Below, piece after piece: positions 1-9,018 of a stretch of 35,419 nt of DNA; positions within the stretch are counted from its first letter, which is position 1; each line of letters begins with the position of its first letter. Made by a program: the position numbers and the translations under genes. The notes beneath the pieces are model-generated. The model saw only the letters and a program-made list of their open reading frames with translations. It was not told where the DNA came from and did not search any database. Source of the stretch: a virus. Lineage: Duplodnaviria; Caudoviricetes. The stretch spans positions 1 to 35,419 of IMG/VR virus record IMGVR_UViG_3300032275_000010, one strand, 5' to 3'.

Positions 1-127
1 GCTGATGTCATGGTACCACCTTAAAAAAAAGCCCAGCGTGATAATGCGCCGGGCTGAAATCGGCTTTCACCGAGGGGACTGCAAAAAATTAATTCTCGAC
101 GTAATCAACCTCGACGCGAACGTCCTG
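1..127. repeat. Terminal direct repeat (copy 1), likely circular-assembly overlap
   Basis: 1-127 is identical to 35293-35419. 127 is a standard assembler k-mer size, and the repeat spans a gene start and a gene end. Confidence 0.93.
23..55 (-). terminator. Rho-independent terminator-like hairpin after the capsid-associated gene
   Basis: Minus strand reads AGCCCGGCG-cattatca-CGCTGGGCT followed by a T-run. Confidence 0.65.
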
Positions 128-550
128 ATTAGCGGCCAGTACTGCACCGGCCACGGTCAAGTAAATTTCGTCATCTTCTGTCGTAACTGCATCAACACCA
201 GCTGCGATCAGGGTGCCATTGTTGGCAACTGTTGGGACAGTCGTTGCGGTAGCAATTGCAGTTTGAATTGCAATCGCGGTAGCGCTGACAATCGTTTTTG
301 CTGCATCCGTCTTACGCAATCCAACTGCGATTGTGCATGATGCTGTACCCGTACCATTACCGATTCGGCAGCCAATGATTCGGCTGCCTTTTGGGATAAT
401 CTGCCCGCCGGCAATCGTGTCAGCAATAGCCAATTGTGCAAATGTTGCTGGGGTTGTGACAATTGCAGTACGAACGCGACCACGATCATAGTGGTTGATT
501 TTCTGGTTTGCTGCAACGAGTGCTGCTTGTGCGCTGTTAATTTCTGCCAT
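89..550 (-). CDS. Capsid-associated (cement/decoration, Bbp16-like position) protein
   Basis: Ala/Thr/Gly-rich, probably beta-rich protein directly after the major capsid gene. AAGGAG RBS precedes ATG at 550. Confidence 0.65.
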   Translation of the reverse strand: MAEINSAQAALVAANQKINHYDRGRVRTAIVTTPATFAQLAIADTIAGGQIIPKGSRIIGCRIGNGTGTASCTIAVGLRKTDAAKTIVSATAIAIQTAIATATTVPTVANNGTLIAAGVDAVTTEDDEIYLTVAGAVLAANQDVRVEVDYVEN

Positions 551-581
551 GATATTGCTCCTTAAAAATAAATAGTTTCGC

Positions 582-605
582 AAAAACCAGAGCCTAAGCC
601 CCGGT
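582..605 (-). terminator. Terminator-like hairpin after major capsid gene
   Basis: Minus strand ACCGGGGC-ttag-GCTCTGGT followed by TTTT, just past the capsid stop codon. Confidence 0.55.
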
Positions 606-611
606 CATTTA

Positions 612-1481
612 TTATGCGGTAAAGTCAATCTGAACGACTTTAAACTCGTCCTGACGGCCTGCACCGTATGAAGCACCCATAGAAACCTGCCACAAGTCCT
701 TCTTGTCGCCGCGGCGAGTCACGTTGCCCTCTTCGTATCCCTTGCCAAGATGTACCCCAGACTTACACCATGCAAATGAGGTGTATGTAGTCGATACCAG
801 CGTCATGGCCTGATATGGAATCCATGTAAAGCCAAGCCATTTCGTTGCAACTTTGCCGTCTTGAATCATCTGGGTTGATACCCAATCAGAGCTCGTAAGC
901 GTTGTATCGGACAAGATTGTCGACATTGCCTTGTCGTTGTACATGATAAACAACTCTTCGCCAGCTTCATCGTCTGCTTCGTTTGCACGGAAGATAGAAC
1001 GCGCCTGGATGATCTTTGCTTTTGTGAATGCCGTACCGCCTACCGCAATCTTCTGGCCTGCTGGCAATACGTTCGCTGTCACACCGTCTTTACTGTTGAT
1101 CGTACCACCCAATGCCGCATAAATAATTGAGTCAACCTTGCGATTGCGCGCAGTAATCAACTGATTCATGTAGTCGCCACCGGTTACGGGGTTGACAATC
1201 ATTTTCGGAATGTCGTTGCGATCCAGCGGCAAGGCCTTATAGAAGTCCTGCATAACACCCAGTCGGTTTGTATGGTCAATGTTGCCCCATTCCGTATCGC
1301 CGTGGCGCACTGTGTTTGCATCCAGTTCAACAGTTCCCAGGTTATTGATCGTGAACCCGTCGCCAGTAATTGTACCGCGATCTGTTACCGCTTTCATCAA
1401 GCGTGAATCTTTTTGTTGCGCAGCCGTGCGGATACTCGTGTCCCATTGCTGCACGAAGGCATTTGTAATTTCTCCAGCCAT
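612..1481 (-). CDS. Major capsid protein (BPP-1/podovirus type)
   Basis: N-terminal 'ITNAFVQQW...AQQKDSRL' and C-terminal 'WLGFTW...GAGRQDEFKVVQI' motifs typical of this capsid family. Strong RBS, and it follows the scaffold gene. Confidence 0.9.
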   Translation of the reverse strand: MAGEITNAFVQQWDTSIRTAAQQKDSRLMKAVTDRGTITGDGFTINNLGTVELDANTVRHGDTEWGNIDHTNRLGVMQDFYKALPLDRNDIPKMIVNPVTGGDYMNQLITARNRKVDSIIYAALGGTINSKDGVTANVLPAGQKIAVGGTAFTKAKIIQARSIFRANEADDEAGEELFIMYNDKAMSTILSDTTLTSSDWVSTQMIQDGKVATKWLGFTWIPYQAMTLVSTTYTSFAWCKSGVHLGKGYEEGNVTRRGDKKDLWQVSMGASYGAGRQDEFKVVQIDFTA

Positions 1482-1525
1482 GATAGTTACTCCTTAAAAG
1501 GTTGATATTCAATTTTTCAGCCTCT

Positions 1526-1625
1526 CAGGGTGTCCGGTTATCCGGGCCTGCTACGTTCTTGATACGGGCTTACTGCATCAAGATGCGGGAAATTGCTCAG
1601 AGTATCCGGCTCCATGCCGGGTCTG
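1526..1625 (-). promoter_or_regulatory. Structured 5' leader of capsid gene with two copies of a bulged hairpin
   Basis: Minus-strand CAGAC-CCGG-catggag-CCGG-ATAC-TCTG (1598-1625) and CAGGC-CCGG-ataa-CCGG-ACAC-CCTG (1526-1550). Confidence 0.55.
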
Positions 1626-1650
1626 TGAGCGTCACAATATGATAAAGCGT

Positions 1651-1668
1651 GTGCAAATTCTTGACTTT
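1651..1668 (-). promoter_or_regulatory. Putative late promoter/activator site, copy 1
   Basis: AAAGTCAAGAATTTGCAC, identical to 8423-8440 and near-identical to 23425-23440. Lies upstream of the capsid gene. Confidence 0.7.
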
Positions 1669-1681
1669 CTTTAGGGGCATG

Positions 1682-1708
1682 AAAAAAGCCCATCTAAATG
1701 AGCTTTTT
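1682..1708. terminator. Terminator-like hairpin downstream of scaffold gene
   Basis: AAAAAAGCCCAT-ctaa-ATGAGCTTTTT, with A/T runs on both sides. Confidence 0.6.
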
Positions 1709-1770
1709 GTCAACCATCCGACTATGCTTATAAAAGCACTGGCTGATGCGGTTGAGGAGACCTGCCAAAA

Positions 1771-2661
1771 TTACAAGGCTGGAGAAGCACCTGCCTTCTC
1801 GGCAATCGCAGCCAGCTTCTCAAAGTGCTGTCTTACCTGCGTGCTGACACGAACATGATCAGGGTGTTTCGGCTGATTATAGGCTTCCGATGCCATGATT
1901 GAATCAATACTTGATTGACCCATCTTGCCCTCAAAGTTGACCGATTTATCCTCGCCCATTTCATTACCAAGTTTAGCCAGGCCGCGCACGATACGCGCAT
2001 CATTGCCATATTCCTTGATGATTGCATCCGCATCTGCGCCGAAATAACCGACTGCAGCCTTATACGCCTTGCCGACCTCGGACTTATACTGATCGTCCGT
2101 TTTCCAGACCGTTTTAAGTTCGGCTGCGCAGGCATCCGCATCCATCTTGTGACTGGCTTGCACCAACTCAGGGGCAATTTCCATATACTTTGATACCAGT
2201 ACATCAACCTGTTTCTGGGTCATTCCGGTTGTATGCGCCTCTTTCAGAAATGCCTGTAGCTTTGGATCATCGGCTGGCTTCCAGTCGGGAAATTGCTCCG
2301 GTATCTTAATTTTGTAATCACCTACCTCTTTTGGCGGAAGATCACCGGTGCCTACGCGCTTTTCCAAGTGTCCATACGCCTCTGCCAACTTTAAGGAACT
2401 TGCCTCGATGTCCAGCGTTCCATCGGGCTTCTTGACCTGGTATTTTTCAGGGATGACGACCGGTGGCGGAAGGTTAGCGGCGGCACCTGTGGCGAGCGCT
2501 GTAGATTCTCCAGTACCATCATTTGTAATAGGAGTGTTAACAGGTGCAGCATTACTAGAGCCAGCAGCAGGATCAGCAGCGCCATCCTGAATATCAGTAC
2601 CAGCGCTTCCATCAGCACCATCGACAACTGCGCTCTGAAAAAACCATTTTCGTTTAAACAT
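1771..2661 (-). CDS. Capsid scaffolding/assembly protein
   Basis: Low-complexity N-terminus, then 'IPEKY', 'LAEAYGHLEKRVG', 'GMTQKQV' and a C-terminal 'AY..PKHPDH' motif. Located just upstream of the capsid gene. Confidence 0.85.
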   Translation of the reverse strand: MFKRKWFFQSAVVDGADGSAGTDIQDGAADPAAGSSNAAPVNTPITNDGTGESTALATGAAANLPPPVVIPEKYQVKKPDGTLDIEASSLKLAEAYGHLEKRVGTGDLPPKEVGDYKIKIPEQFPDWKPADDPKLQAFLKEAHTTGMTQKQVDVLVSKYMEIAPELVQASHKMDADACAAELKTVWKTDDQYKSEVGKAYKAAVGYFGADADAIIKEYGNDARIVRGLAKLGNEMGEDKSVNFEGKMGQSSIDSIMASEAYNQPKHPDHVRVSTQVRQHFEKLAAIAEKAGASPAL

Positions 2662-2663
2662 TC

Positions 2664-2903
2664 TCACTCTCCTTCGGTTGGTTGTACGTTGTTCGCACGG
2701 TTGATCTGGTTGGCAATAAAGTCGAGCACCTCACGTCGGCCCATAAATTCATGTGTGTTAAGTATGCGGTCTATTCCCGTCGCGGTTGGTGGTGAGCGGT
2801 AGAATCTCAAGATTAAATCTTCGAGGATGCGCGCGCCGCGCCGGTCGGTCTCGAATAGTTCTAGGTATTCTTTCGGGCCGGGGCGAATGTCGGGTGCGCT
2901 CAT
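2664..2903 (-). CDS. Bbp19-like small phage protein
   Basis: 'YLELFE...GARILEDL...GRREVLDFI' pattern, in the usual position before the scaffold gene. ATGA overlap with the upstream gene. Confidence 0.7.
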   Translation of the reverse strand: MSAPDIRPGPKEYLELFETDRRGARILEDLILRFYRSPPTATGIDRILNTHEFMGRREVLDFIANQINRANNVQPTEGE

Positions 2904-3451
2904 TCGCAACTCCACACATCCATCTGCCGCTTAAGCTCAGTAGGGAATGTCATATCCTTATTGCGTGTAAAAGAACGATCACGATAAAGTAAATGATTTG
3001 TAGGCTGGATGGTTAATCTGTTATTTTTCAATTTAATAAATGAGAATTCTTTGGCCTGTTCTGGATATGAACTATATCCGTCACCAATCGGTGCGACAGT
3101 AAACAGATAATCGCCCATTTTTTCCCATCCGTTCCACCGCGCCTTAACATCAAGGCCAGACAAATATGAATATTCCATGCATGAAAATGTTTCTCCGTAA
3201 CAATCCCATGCCTGCGCATCCTTGTTTGTCCATTGTTTCTCAGGATTATCCGAGAATGCCACTGCATGTGGTGGAAGATTTCGGTAAATTGCGCCAGATT
3301 CCAGCATTACGGTACAGCCCCACATTCTCCCATGAAAACTAACTACACCTATCCAGACAGCAGGGATAAAGCCAATTGATTTCTGATGCGTAAATTCACT
3401 ATCAATAAAAATGTAGTGATGACGTGGAATTGCTCCAATCAAATGATTCAT
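2900..3451 (-). CDS. Conserved phage hypothetical protein
   Basis: 183-aa ORF coupled by ATGA overlaps. Motifs 'GAIYRNLPPHA', 'WDC', 'YLFTV' and 'QPTN' recall a family common in environmental phages. Function unknown. Confidence 0.65.
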   Translation of the reverse strand: MNHLIGAIPRHHYIFIDSEFTHQKSIGFIPAVWIGVVSFHGRMWGCTVMLESGAIYRNLPPHAVAFSDNPEKQWTNKDAQAWDCYGETFSCMEYSYLSGLDVKARWNGWEKMGDYLFTVAPIGDGYSSYPEQAKEFSFIKLKNNRLTIQPTNHLLYRDRSFTRNKDMTFPTELKRQMDVWSCE

Positions 3452-3624
3452 TGTTTTCCGTTCTGAGTATTAGTATTAGCCATCATTGCTTGCTGCAATT
3501 TAAAATGATCGGCAACCTGCTGGCTGGTCTTTGCATGATCGGGGTGAGACTTGTTCTTGTAGGCATCGGATGCAAGCAATTCATGAATTGCCAGTTTTGC
3601 GTTTGATAGCGATGAAGTTTTCAT
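3448..3624 (-). CDS. 58-aa protein resembling the scaffold C-terminal motif (not in ORF track)
   Basis: MKTSSLSNAKLAIHELLASDAYKNKSHPDHAKTSQQVADHFKLQQAMMANTNTQNGKQ. AGGGG RBS, fills the gap between its neighbours, ATGA overlap with the next gene. Confidence 0.75.
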   Translation of the reverse strand: MKTSSLSNAKLAIHELLASDAYKNKSHPDHAKTSQQVADHFKLQQAMMANTNTQNGKQ

Positions 3625-3631
3625 AAGTCCC

Positions 3632-3943
3632 CTATGCTGCCCTCTTAATTGGTTCTTTCCAGATTTTCAGGCCCGGCCGGCCATTCACTTTTTGGTCTGT
3701 AAAGTGCACTGGCCCGGATAACAACATCTTAACAAGCGTCTGAAATCTCCTAAATTCAGCTTCGGTCAACGGGCGAGTAAATTGTGATCCGTAATCTATC
3801 ACAAAAAGCTGTTCAATTCCAGCAGATGAAAGCACTTCGGGTATCGGCACACCTTCGGGTAAGTCCCCAGCAAGACCGAAAGCAACGATTGATGAACCCG
3901 TACTGACATCCCCAAGCCCCAGCCCATGCAAAACAATGCTCAT
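3632..3943 (-). CDS. Hypothetical protein, probably virion-associated
   Basis: ATGA-coupled to the upstream gene. N-terminal 'IVLHGLG...IVAFGL' repeat. Confidence 0.6.
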   Translation of the reverse strand: MSIVLHGLGLGDVSTGSSIVAFGLAGDLPEGVPIPEVLSSAGIEQLFVIDYGSQFTRPLTEAEFRRFQTLVKMLLSGPVHFTDQKVNGRPGLKIWKEPIKRAA

Positions 3944-5019
3944 ACCATGCGCTGACGCCGTTCCGCACCAGTCCCGGCATAGGTGATTGTCCCGGCTGCA
4001 TCCTTGTAAAGCTGCGCCGATAGATAAACAGTCGTGTTGTCATCGTCATATACGGTCAGGATGCCTGTTGCCGGGTCAGTGATAACCTTATTGCGCAGTA
4101 TTTTCGCCACAATCACGAGGTTTGCAAGCTGGGTGTCGAGGTTTGCGGTAGCCAGCCCGATCGCAGCGCGCACGCCAGCGGCATCAAGTCCACCTCCGCC
4201 CAATAGTGCATTTGCATCAACCTTGTTAGCGACTGTAAATACAAGCTGATCCGTCTTCGCTTTTATTGCAGCCACTTCAGTATCAACATAACTGGCAATT
4301 GCGGCAATCGTCGCATTGTCCGGCGCTGTATATCCTGAGGTCGCAAGCCGTGTGCTGACGGCCGCATCCAGATTAGCCAGCCGTGTATCACCAAGTGCAG
4401 TTAATCCGGCACCAGCTACGCCGATACGTGCGAATGAATCACCAGTTTGCGGCGTGTTTCCTGTGTATGTAGTAATCGTGCCACTATCTACAATGACATG
4501 CTGGTTAACAGCCAAAGCAATACCAGAGGCCGCTGTTATATTTGTGGTGCTTGCTGGTGCGGCTGGAATTAAATCCGTTTTTGCTTTGATGGCTGCATTG
4601 TCACCAGTACCGCCAGCAGTGACAATGGCGAAACTGTCGCCAGTTTGAGGAAAAGAAGTCTCGGCCTGAATTGAGGCATTGCAAGCGGCGGTATTGACGA
4701 ACGTAAAAGCGATCAGGTCATAGTTTGTCTCGGCCTGTGCGGGCGCGTATGACCAATATCCATTACCCTCATGCGTACAGACACCGGCACCGACTGAGCC
4801 CACTGCCTGCGTACCAGCATCACCAGTCACATAGATTGTCGTCGTGCCGGTCGTGACAGGGCTACCATCCGTCTTGCTGATAAGCTGTGCCCCGATTGTC
4901 TGACCTGCTACGTTCTTTTTCATCGTATTACCCAGAATTATGTCGTTGCATTGTGTAGCCCATGCTGGTTGAAATATCGGGGATGGGCCAGCTACTTGAA
5001 GGGCTAGTAGTAATGACAT
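3940..5019 (-). CDS. Putative virion fibre/decoration protein
   Basis: Ala/Thr/Gly-rich with internal repeats (PQTGDSFA x2, AAIKAKTD x2). TAATG overlap at 5019, alternative start MKKNVAGQ at 4923. Confidence 0.65.
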   Translation of the reverse strand: MSLLLALQVAGPSPIFQPAWATQCNDIILGNTMKKNVAGQTIGAQLISKTDGSPVTTGTTTIYVTGDAGTQAVGSVGAGVCTHEGNGYWSYAPAQAETNYDLIAFTFVNTAACNASIQAETSFPQTGDSFAIVTAGGTGDNAAIKAKTDLIPAAPASTTNITAASGIALAVNQHVIVDSGTITTYTGNTPQTGDSFARIGVAGAGLTALGDTRLANLDAAVSTRLATSGYTAPDNATIAAIASYVDTEVAAIKAKTDQLVFTVANKVDANALLGGGGLDAAGVRAAIGLATANLDTQLANLVIVAKILRNKVITDPATGILTVYDDDNTTVYLSAQLYKDAAGTITYAGTGAERRQRMV

Positions 5020-5858
5020 TATGTACCTACATAATAATCCACATTGCACCGCCAAAGAACAGCGGCACCTGGTACTGGCATGACAATGGTCGTTGCTGTG
5101 TTTGCAACTGATGATTTGATAGGGCTATCTCTATTAATATTCACATCTATTTGTGTCCCTCCTGCATTCATTGCATTTCCCACTGACCATGCTCTTGAGC
5201 CTGATAAATTTGTTGTTGTAATCACCAATGTGGCAGTACCAGCTAATGCAGCGGTCGCATTACGAGTAATTTCAATGCCTGTAATATAGTGGAATAGACC
5301 AGCACCCGCAGCGGGCAGAGTTACAGTTAATCCCGTATTTGCAGCGGCAGTTGCAGATTGGCATAAAGTACTGGATTGAGGGATAGCCCTAACGACAAGT
5401 GCTTGTTCACTACCGGTAGTTGCGGCAGATAAAGTCCCTTGTTCCATTGAAAATATACTACCACTTGCTGTTGCTACCAAGAATCCTATAATTGAACCAG
5501 ATGTTAGAGCAGTAGCACGAACACGGAAATATGTAACCCCTACACAATCGAATTGCCACGCTCCTGCTGCTGAGGCTCCACTTACAGTACCCCCAGTTGG
5601 GTTAACAACACCATTCATCGCTGTCCAATTTGTGTTATCGCTAGACCCTTCAAATACAACTACACCCCCAGTTCCAACAGAAAGAATCTGGACTCCTAGT
5701 CCAGCACAGCCATTGAGAGCAATTACTTGCGTACCTGTGGAGGTAGGTATATTTATTGCCGTACTAATAGGCGGGATAACTACTTGTAGATTAAATGATG
5801 AATCTACATTTGGTGAGCCGGGTGTATTTGCGCCAGATTCAATTTTTATTCCTGCCAT
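5019..5858 (-). CDS. Putative virion structural protein (beta-rich)
   Basis: 279 aa, Thr/Ala/Gly/Ser-rich, with 'VVFEGSSDNTNW' motif and AGGAG RBS. Confidence 0.65.
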   Translation of the reverse strand: MAGIKIESGANTPGSPNVDSSFNLQVVIPPISTAINIPTSTGTQVIALNGCAGLGVQILSVGTGGVVVFEGSSDNTNWTAMNGVVNPTGGTVSGASAAGAWQFDCVGVTYFRVRATALTSGSIIGFLVATASGSIFSMEQGTLSAATTGSEQALVVRAIPQSSTLCQSATAAANTGLTVTLPAAGAGLFHYITGIEITRNATAALAGTATLVITTTNLSGSRAWSVGNAMNAGGTQIDVNINRDSPIKSSVANTATTIVMPVPGAAVLWRCNVDYYVGT

Positions 5859-5866
5859 AACATCTC

Positions 5867-6160
5867 CTAATCAGCCCACACAAATCTGCAAGCTATGGTT
5901 CCTGTTAAACTTAATGTACTAATAGCCTCAGCATCAAATGTTCCCGCACTTTTCACAGTTGGATAGGCTCCAAAACCCAAAGCACCAATCAATCGATGTT
6001 CATCTGCATTATGTGTTGCTGTTGTATCAGTACCACCAATATATATTTCCAGGTTACTTGTAGCACTTATCCCTGTTGCTGTAACACCAGTTACAGTTGC
6101 ACGAGTTGATCCGGGCTGTGCACCAAAATCAAAAGTAACAGTTCCTTGTCCAGTAGCCAT
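5867..6160 (-). CDS. Putative small virion protein
   Basis: Start MATGQGTVTFDFG lies just after the portal stop. The longer ORF-track version overlaps the portal gene. Confidence 0.65.
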   Translation of the reverse strand: MATGQGTVTFDFGAQPGSTRATVTGVTATGISATSNLEIYIGGTDTTATHNADEHRLIGALGFGAYPTVKSAGTFDAEAISTLSLTGTIACRFVWAD

Positions 6161-6161
6161 A

Positions 6162-7787
6162 TCAAGCCGCTGCCTGTTTATTAATCGCAGCGACAGCGCC
6201 TTGCTGCAATAGCCCTTGTTCAAGCTGCTTTTGCTGTTGCTCTTCCTGTACAGCCTTGCGCTGTTTACGTAGTTCGTCAACCTTCTGCTGTGTACGCAAC
6301 ACAGACTTTGGCACACCCAGGAATTCTGCACGTTCACGCGCAGCAATCTCAAAATCGTAAATATCCAGCACGCCAGGGTCAGCGTTGGCCTCAGAAATCA
6401 GCGTCGTCTCAAGCCGATCCATCGCGGTCACATCCTCCAGGCGTTGCGCACGGGCCAACGGCGAAATATAGCGAACAGTGAATATCTTGCCTTGCAGTGA
6501 AGGTGGCGCTACACCGAGGATACCGGCACGGTACGCAATGCCAAAGCAGCGCTCGATCAATGGCTTCAAATACTCGGATTGCAGCCGGCCATAGATCGGC
6601 CCGAGCAATTGGCGAATCAGTGCGACACGCACATGCACTTCGGTTGCGGTCATGGCTGGTCCGCCTTGTGGTTGCAACTGGTCAGCCAGCATTATTTTAC
6701 GAATGGTCGCCTGCAAGTGCTCTTTCGCGCTGAAAGAAACGTTGAAATCAGCACCGGTGCGAAGTTCTTGCATTGAGTTAATATCGTTCATCGGAATGAT
6801 GATTCGCGGCCCGAGCTTGATTGTTCCAGGATTTAGCACGCCATCATCCACTGCTTTGAACATTCCGCCAACTGCTATATCCAGCGAGGCAAGTTCCATG
6901 CTGCAAATATCGTTTATCGTGCGTATTGATCCCAGCGCGGTAGACATTGGGCCAGTTGCGTAACTAGTGCCAGGAGTGAGCATCCAGCGCGGCACGACAC
7001 ACGGAAATTCATGATAGCCGGATTCGCGTAATAGTTTCAGCGTTGAAATTTCAAAGTGGCATGATGCAAACGGCAGATTCTTTACCAGCAATGATCCCGG
7101 TACGTGCATTGGGCGCGGATAGATTGCAGTGCAGATTTTTATTTTTTCATCTAGCTTTTCATTATAGTATTTTGTGGCTACTTCAGGCGATACATTATCA
7201 ATCCCGTACTCGGTTACGAGCTGCTCGACAGTAGACTCGTCTTCGCGAAATATCGTATCAACCAGACCGCCTTTTTTTGATGCCGAAATAAAACATTGTG
7301 CAATGGGCCACTGCTCGAAATTGTACCCGCCCTCTTTGGCCTCGTCGATGTACAGAACAAACCACCCAACCGGCACCATGTCAATGCAGCATTCGTAGGC
7401 ATTACTATCAAAATTCGCAGCATGGATATTTTCAAAAATAATACGCGCTGAATCGTCTAGGAATCGATCCTCTTCGTCATCTTCCTGGCTGTTCTCATCC
7501 TTCTGCTTACTGCCAGAGTCTAGACTAAACCATAGTGAACTGGATGGTGTTGTGCCGCTTACCAGCCCAGCGCTGAGTATGCGGGCAGAGTCAGCGGCGG
7601 TGTCGTCGAGGATGCGATTTTTTTTGGTTTGCGCGTCTTGCGGCAGCAGTGGTGTACCGAAATTCAGGCCACTACCACGCTCGGGGAATGAGAAATCATA
7701 ACATTCTTGCCAGCCCTGCTCCATCGGCTGACGTATCTGTTTGAGCGCCGACAGTCTGCGGTTTAGCGCTTTCGGATCAGCAGCCAT
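6162..7787 (-). CDS. Portal (head-tail connector) protein
   Basis: 541 aa with T7 gp8/Bbp21-type motifs 'ESGYHEFPCVVPRW', 'MTATEV' and 'YISPLARAQ'. Confidence 0.93.
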   Translation of the reverse strand: MAADPKALNRRLSALKQIRQPMEQGWQECYDFSFPERGSGLNFGTPLLPQDAQTKKNRILDDTAADSARILSAGLVSGTTPSSSLWFSLDSGSKQKDENSQEDDEEDRFLDDSARIIFENIHAANFDSNAYECCIDMVPVGWFVLYIDEAKEGGYNFEQWPIAQCFISASKKGGLVDTIFREDESTVEQLVTEYGIDNVSPEVATKYYNEKLDEKIKICTAIYPRPMHVPGSLLVKNLPFASCHFEISTLKLLRESGYHEFPCVVPRWMLTPGTSYATGPMSTALGSIRTINDICSMELASLDIAVGGMFKAVDDGVLNPGTIKLGPRIIIPMNDINSMQELRTGADFNVSFSAKEHLQATIRKIMLADQLQPQGGPAMTATEVHVRVALIRQLLGPIYGRLQSEYLKPLIERCFGIAYRAGILGVAPPSLQGKIFTVRYISPLARAQRLEDVTAMDRLETTLISEANADPGVLDIYDFEIAARERAEFLGVPKSVLRTQQKVDELRKQRKAVQEEQQQKQLEQGLLQQGAVAAINKQAAA

Positions 7788-8059
7788 TATCCACCACCAC
7801 TGCTCAACACATTGCCAGTGGCTGGCGCACCGGTTGAAAGCACGTTAACGCCAGCAAGCAATCCCTTTTGCGCACGTTTTCTACGGGCATTTTCAACCAA
7901 AGTTAAATTTGCGGCATCAGTTGCATCAGCCTCTGCCTTGAGCCGCTCTTTAGTCGGATCGGGCGAGGCTTTCGGCGATCCGAAGGTGTCTTGTACGGTC
8001 GTGGAATACGCATCCCGAACCTGCTTGAGCGGATTTTTTATCAGGCCATCGTCGCACAT
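7787..8059 (-). CDS. Small virion/tail-assembly protein upstream of portal
   Basis: MC- start, Gly-ending low-complexity C-terminus and TAATG overlap with the portal gene, as in T7-like gp7.3-position genes. Confidence 0.6.
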   Translation of the reverse strand: MCDDGLIKNPLKQVRDAYSTTVQDTFGSPKASPDPTKERLKAEADATDAANLTLVENARRKRAQKGLLAGVNVLSTGAPATGNVLSSGGG

Positions 8060-8062
8060 GAT

Positions 8063-8365
8063 TTATTTCAGCGCGTTAGGGTGAGAGCCGTATTTCTCGG
8101 GTACGAGCCAACCGGTTTTTGTGAGCACGGGAGATTTGAGCGTAGACACGTCGATGTCGCTTGCGTTCGGCAGCATGTACTCATCGTTCGGCTTGCGCTG
8201 TGGCTTGCCAGCGGTCTGGACTTGTACCGATAGCCTGGCAATCTGCACTTGCAGATCAGCCAGCACTGAGGCGGATACGGTGATCTGATCATCCAGTGAT
8301 TGAGGTGCTTGCTCAACGTCGGGGACTTGCGATTCGCCGGGAATTTGCGGTTGTTTCTGTACCAT
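8063..8365 (-). CDS. Hypothetical protein, first gene of late operon
   Basis: AGGAG RBS before ATG at 8365, C-terminal 'PVLTKTGWLVP', downstream of the late motif at 8423. Confidence 0.65.
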   Translation of the reverse strand: MVQKQPQIPGESQVPDVEQAPQSLDDQITVSASVLADLQVQIARLSVQVQTAGKPQRKPNDEYMLPNASDIDVSTLKSPVLTKTGWLVPEKYGSHPNALK

Positions 8366-8405
8366 TTTAAGCACTCCTATCAGGTGTTGAACTGCGACAG
8401 AGCGA

Positions 8406-8636
8406 TTATTGCCTGATTCGAGGTGCAAATTCTTGACTTTTTGCGTTTACCTGCGCCCAGAGGGCTATGAGCCGCTCGCCATCCTCGTATCGTGGCTCCC
8501 CAATATCCCGCCAATAGCGTACCGTGTTTTGCGTAACGCCGATTGCAGCAGCGAGGCGGCAATAGGTATATCCCCGCTGGTTTAGATCAGCGATCAGCCT
8601 AAACCAGTCGATACGCTCATTGCGCTCATTTCTCAA
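8406..8636 (-). CDS. HTH DNA-binding protein, candidate late regulator
   Basis: 'LAAAIGVTQNTVRYW...EPRY..GERLIALW' helix-turn-helix. Confidence 0.7.
   Translation of the reverse strand: MRNERNERIDWFRLIADLNQRGYTYCRLAAAIGVTQNTVRYWRDIGEPRYEDGERLIALWAQVNAKSQEFAPRIRQ
8423..8440 (-). promoter_or_regulatory. Putative late promoter/activator site, copy 2
   Basis: AAAGTCAAGAATTTGCAC followed by AATAAT, upstream of the portal operon. Confidence 0.7.
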
Positions 8637-9018
8637 TTCCGCCCTCCCACTGCGTCACTGTGACCGAGATTGCCCCATTTTTCACTGGCGCGCCTATCCT
8701 GGCATGCAAATCAACAATTTGTTTGTCGTCAACCCACGCCACGCCGTTTAGCGCGTCACCCAGCACCTTCAGCGCGTTGTCCAAGTCAACTCGCACCTTG
8801 CTGGCCTCGCCCTTGACAGTGAGCTTCGGGTGCAGCACATACGACACGCTGACATCGCCCTCCAGTACCCTAACGCCAAGCGATTTAGCCAGCCATCCAG
8901 CCTCGGATTTGTACAGCTTCGCGGCTGGGCTAACGTAGGTCATTACGCGGCCCTTGACCACCGTAGTGCGCCAGTAGACGTTATTCGAAATTGGGTACGG
9001 CAGCATCAGGGTAATCAC
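8626..9018 (-). CDS. rusA: RusA-family Holliday junction resolvase
   Basis: 'LPYPISNNVYWR' and 'DLDNALKVLGDALNGVAWVDDKQI' catalytic motifs. Confidence 0.92.
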   Translation of the reverse strand: MITLMLPYPISNNVYWRTTVVKGRVMTYVSPAAKLYKSEAGWLAKSLGVRVLEGDVSVSYVLHPKLTVKGEASKVRVDLDNALKVLGDALNGVAWVDDKQIVDLHARIGAPVKNGAISVTVTQWEGGIEK

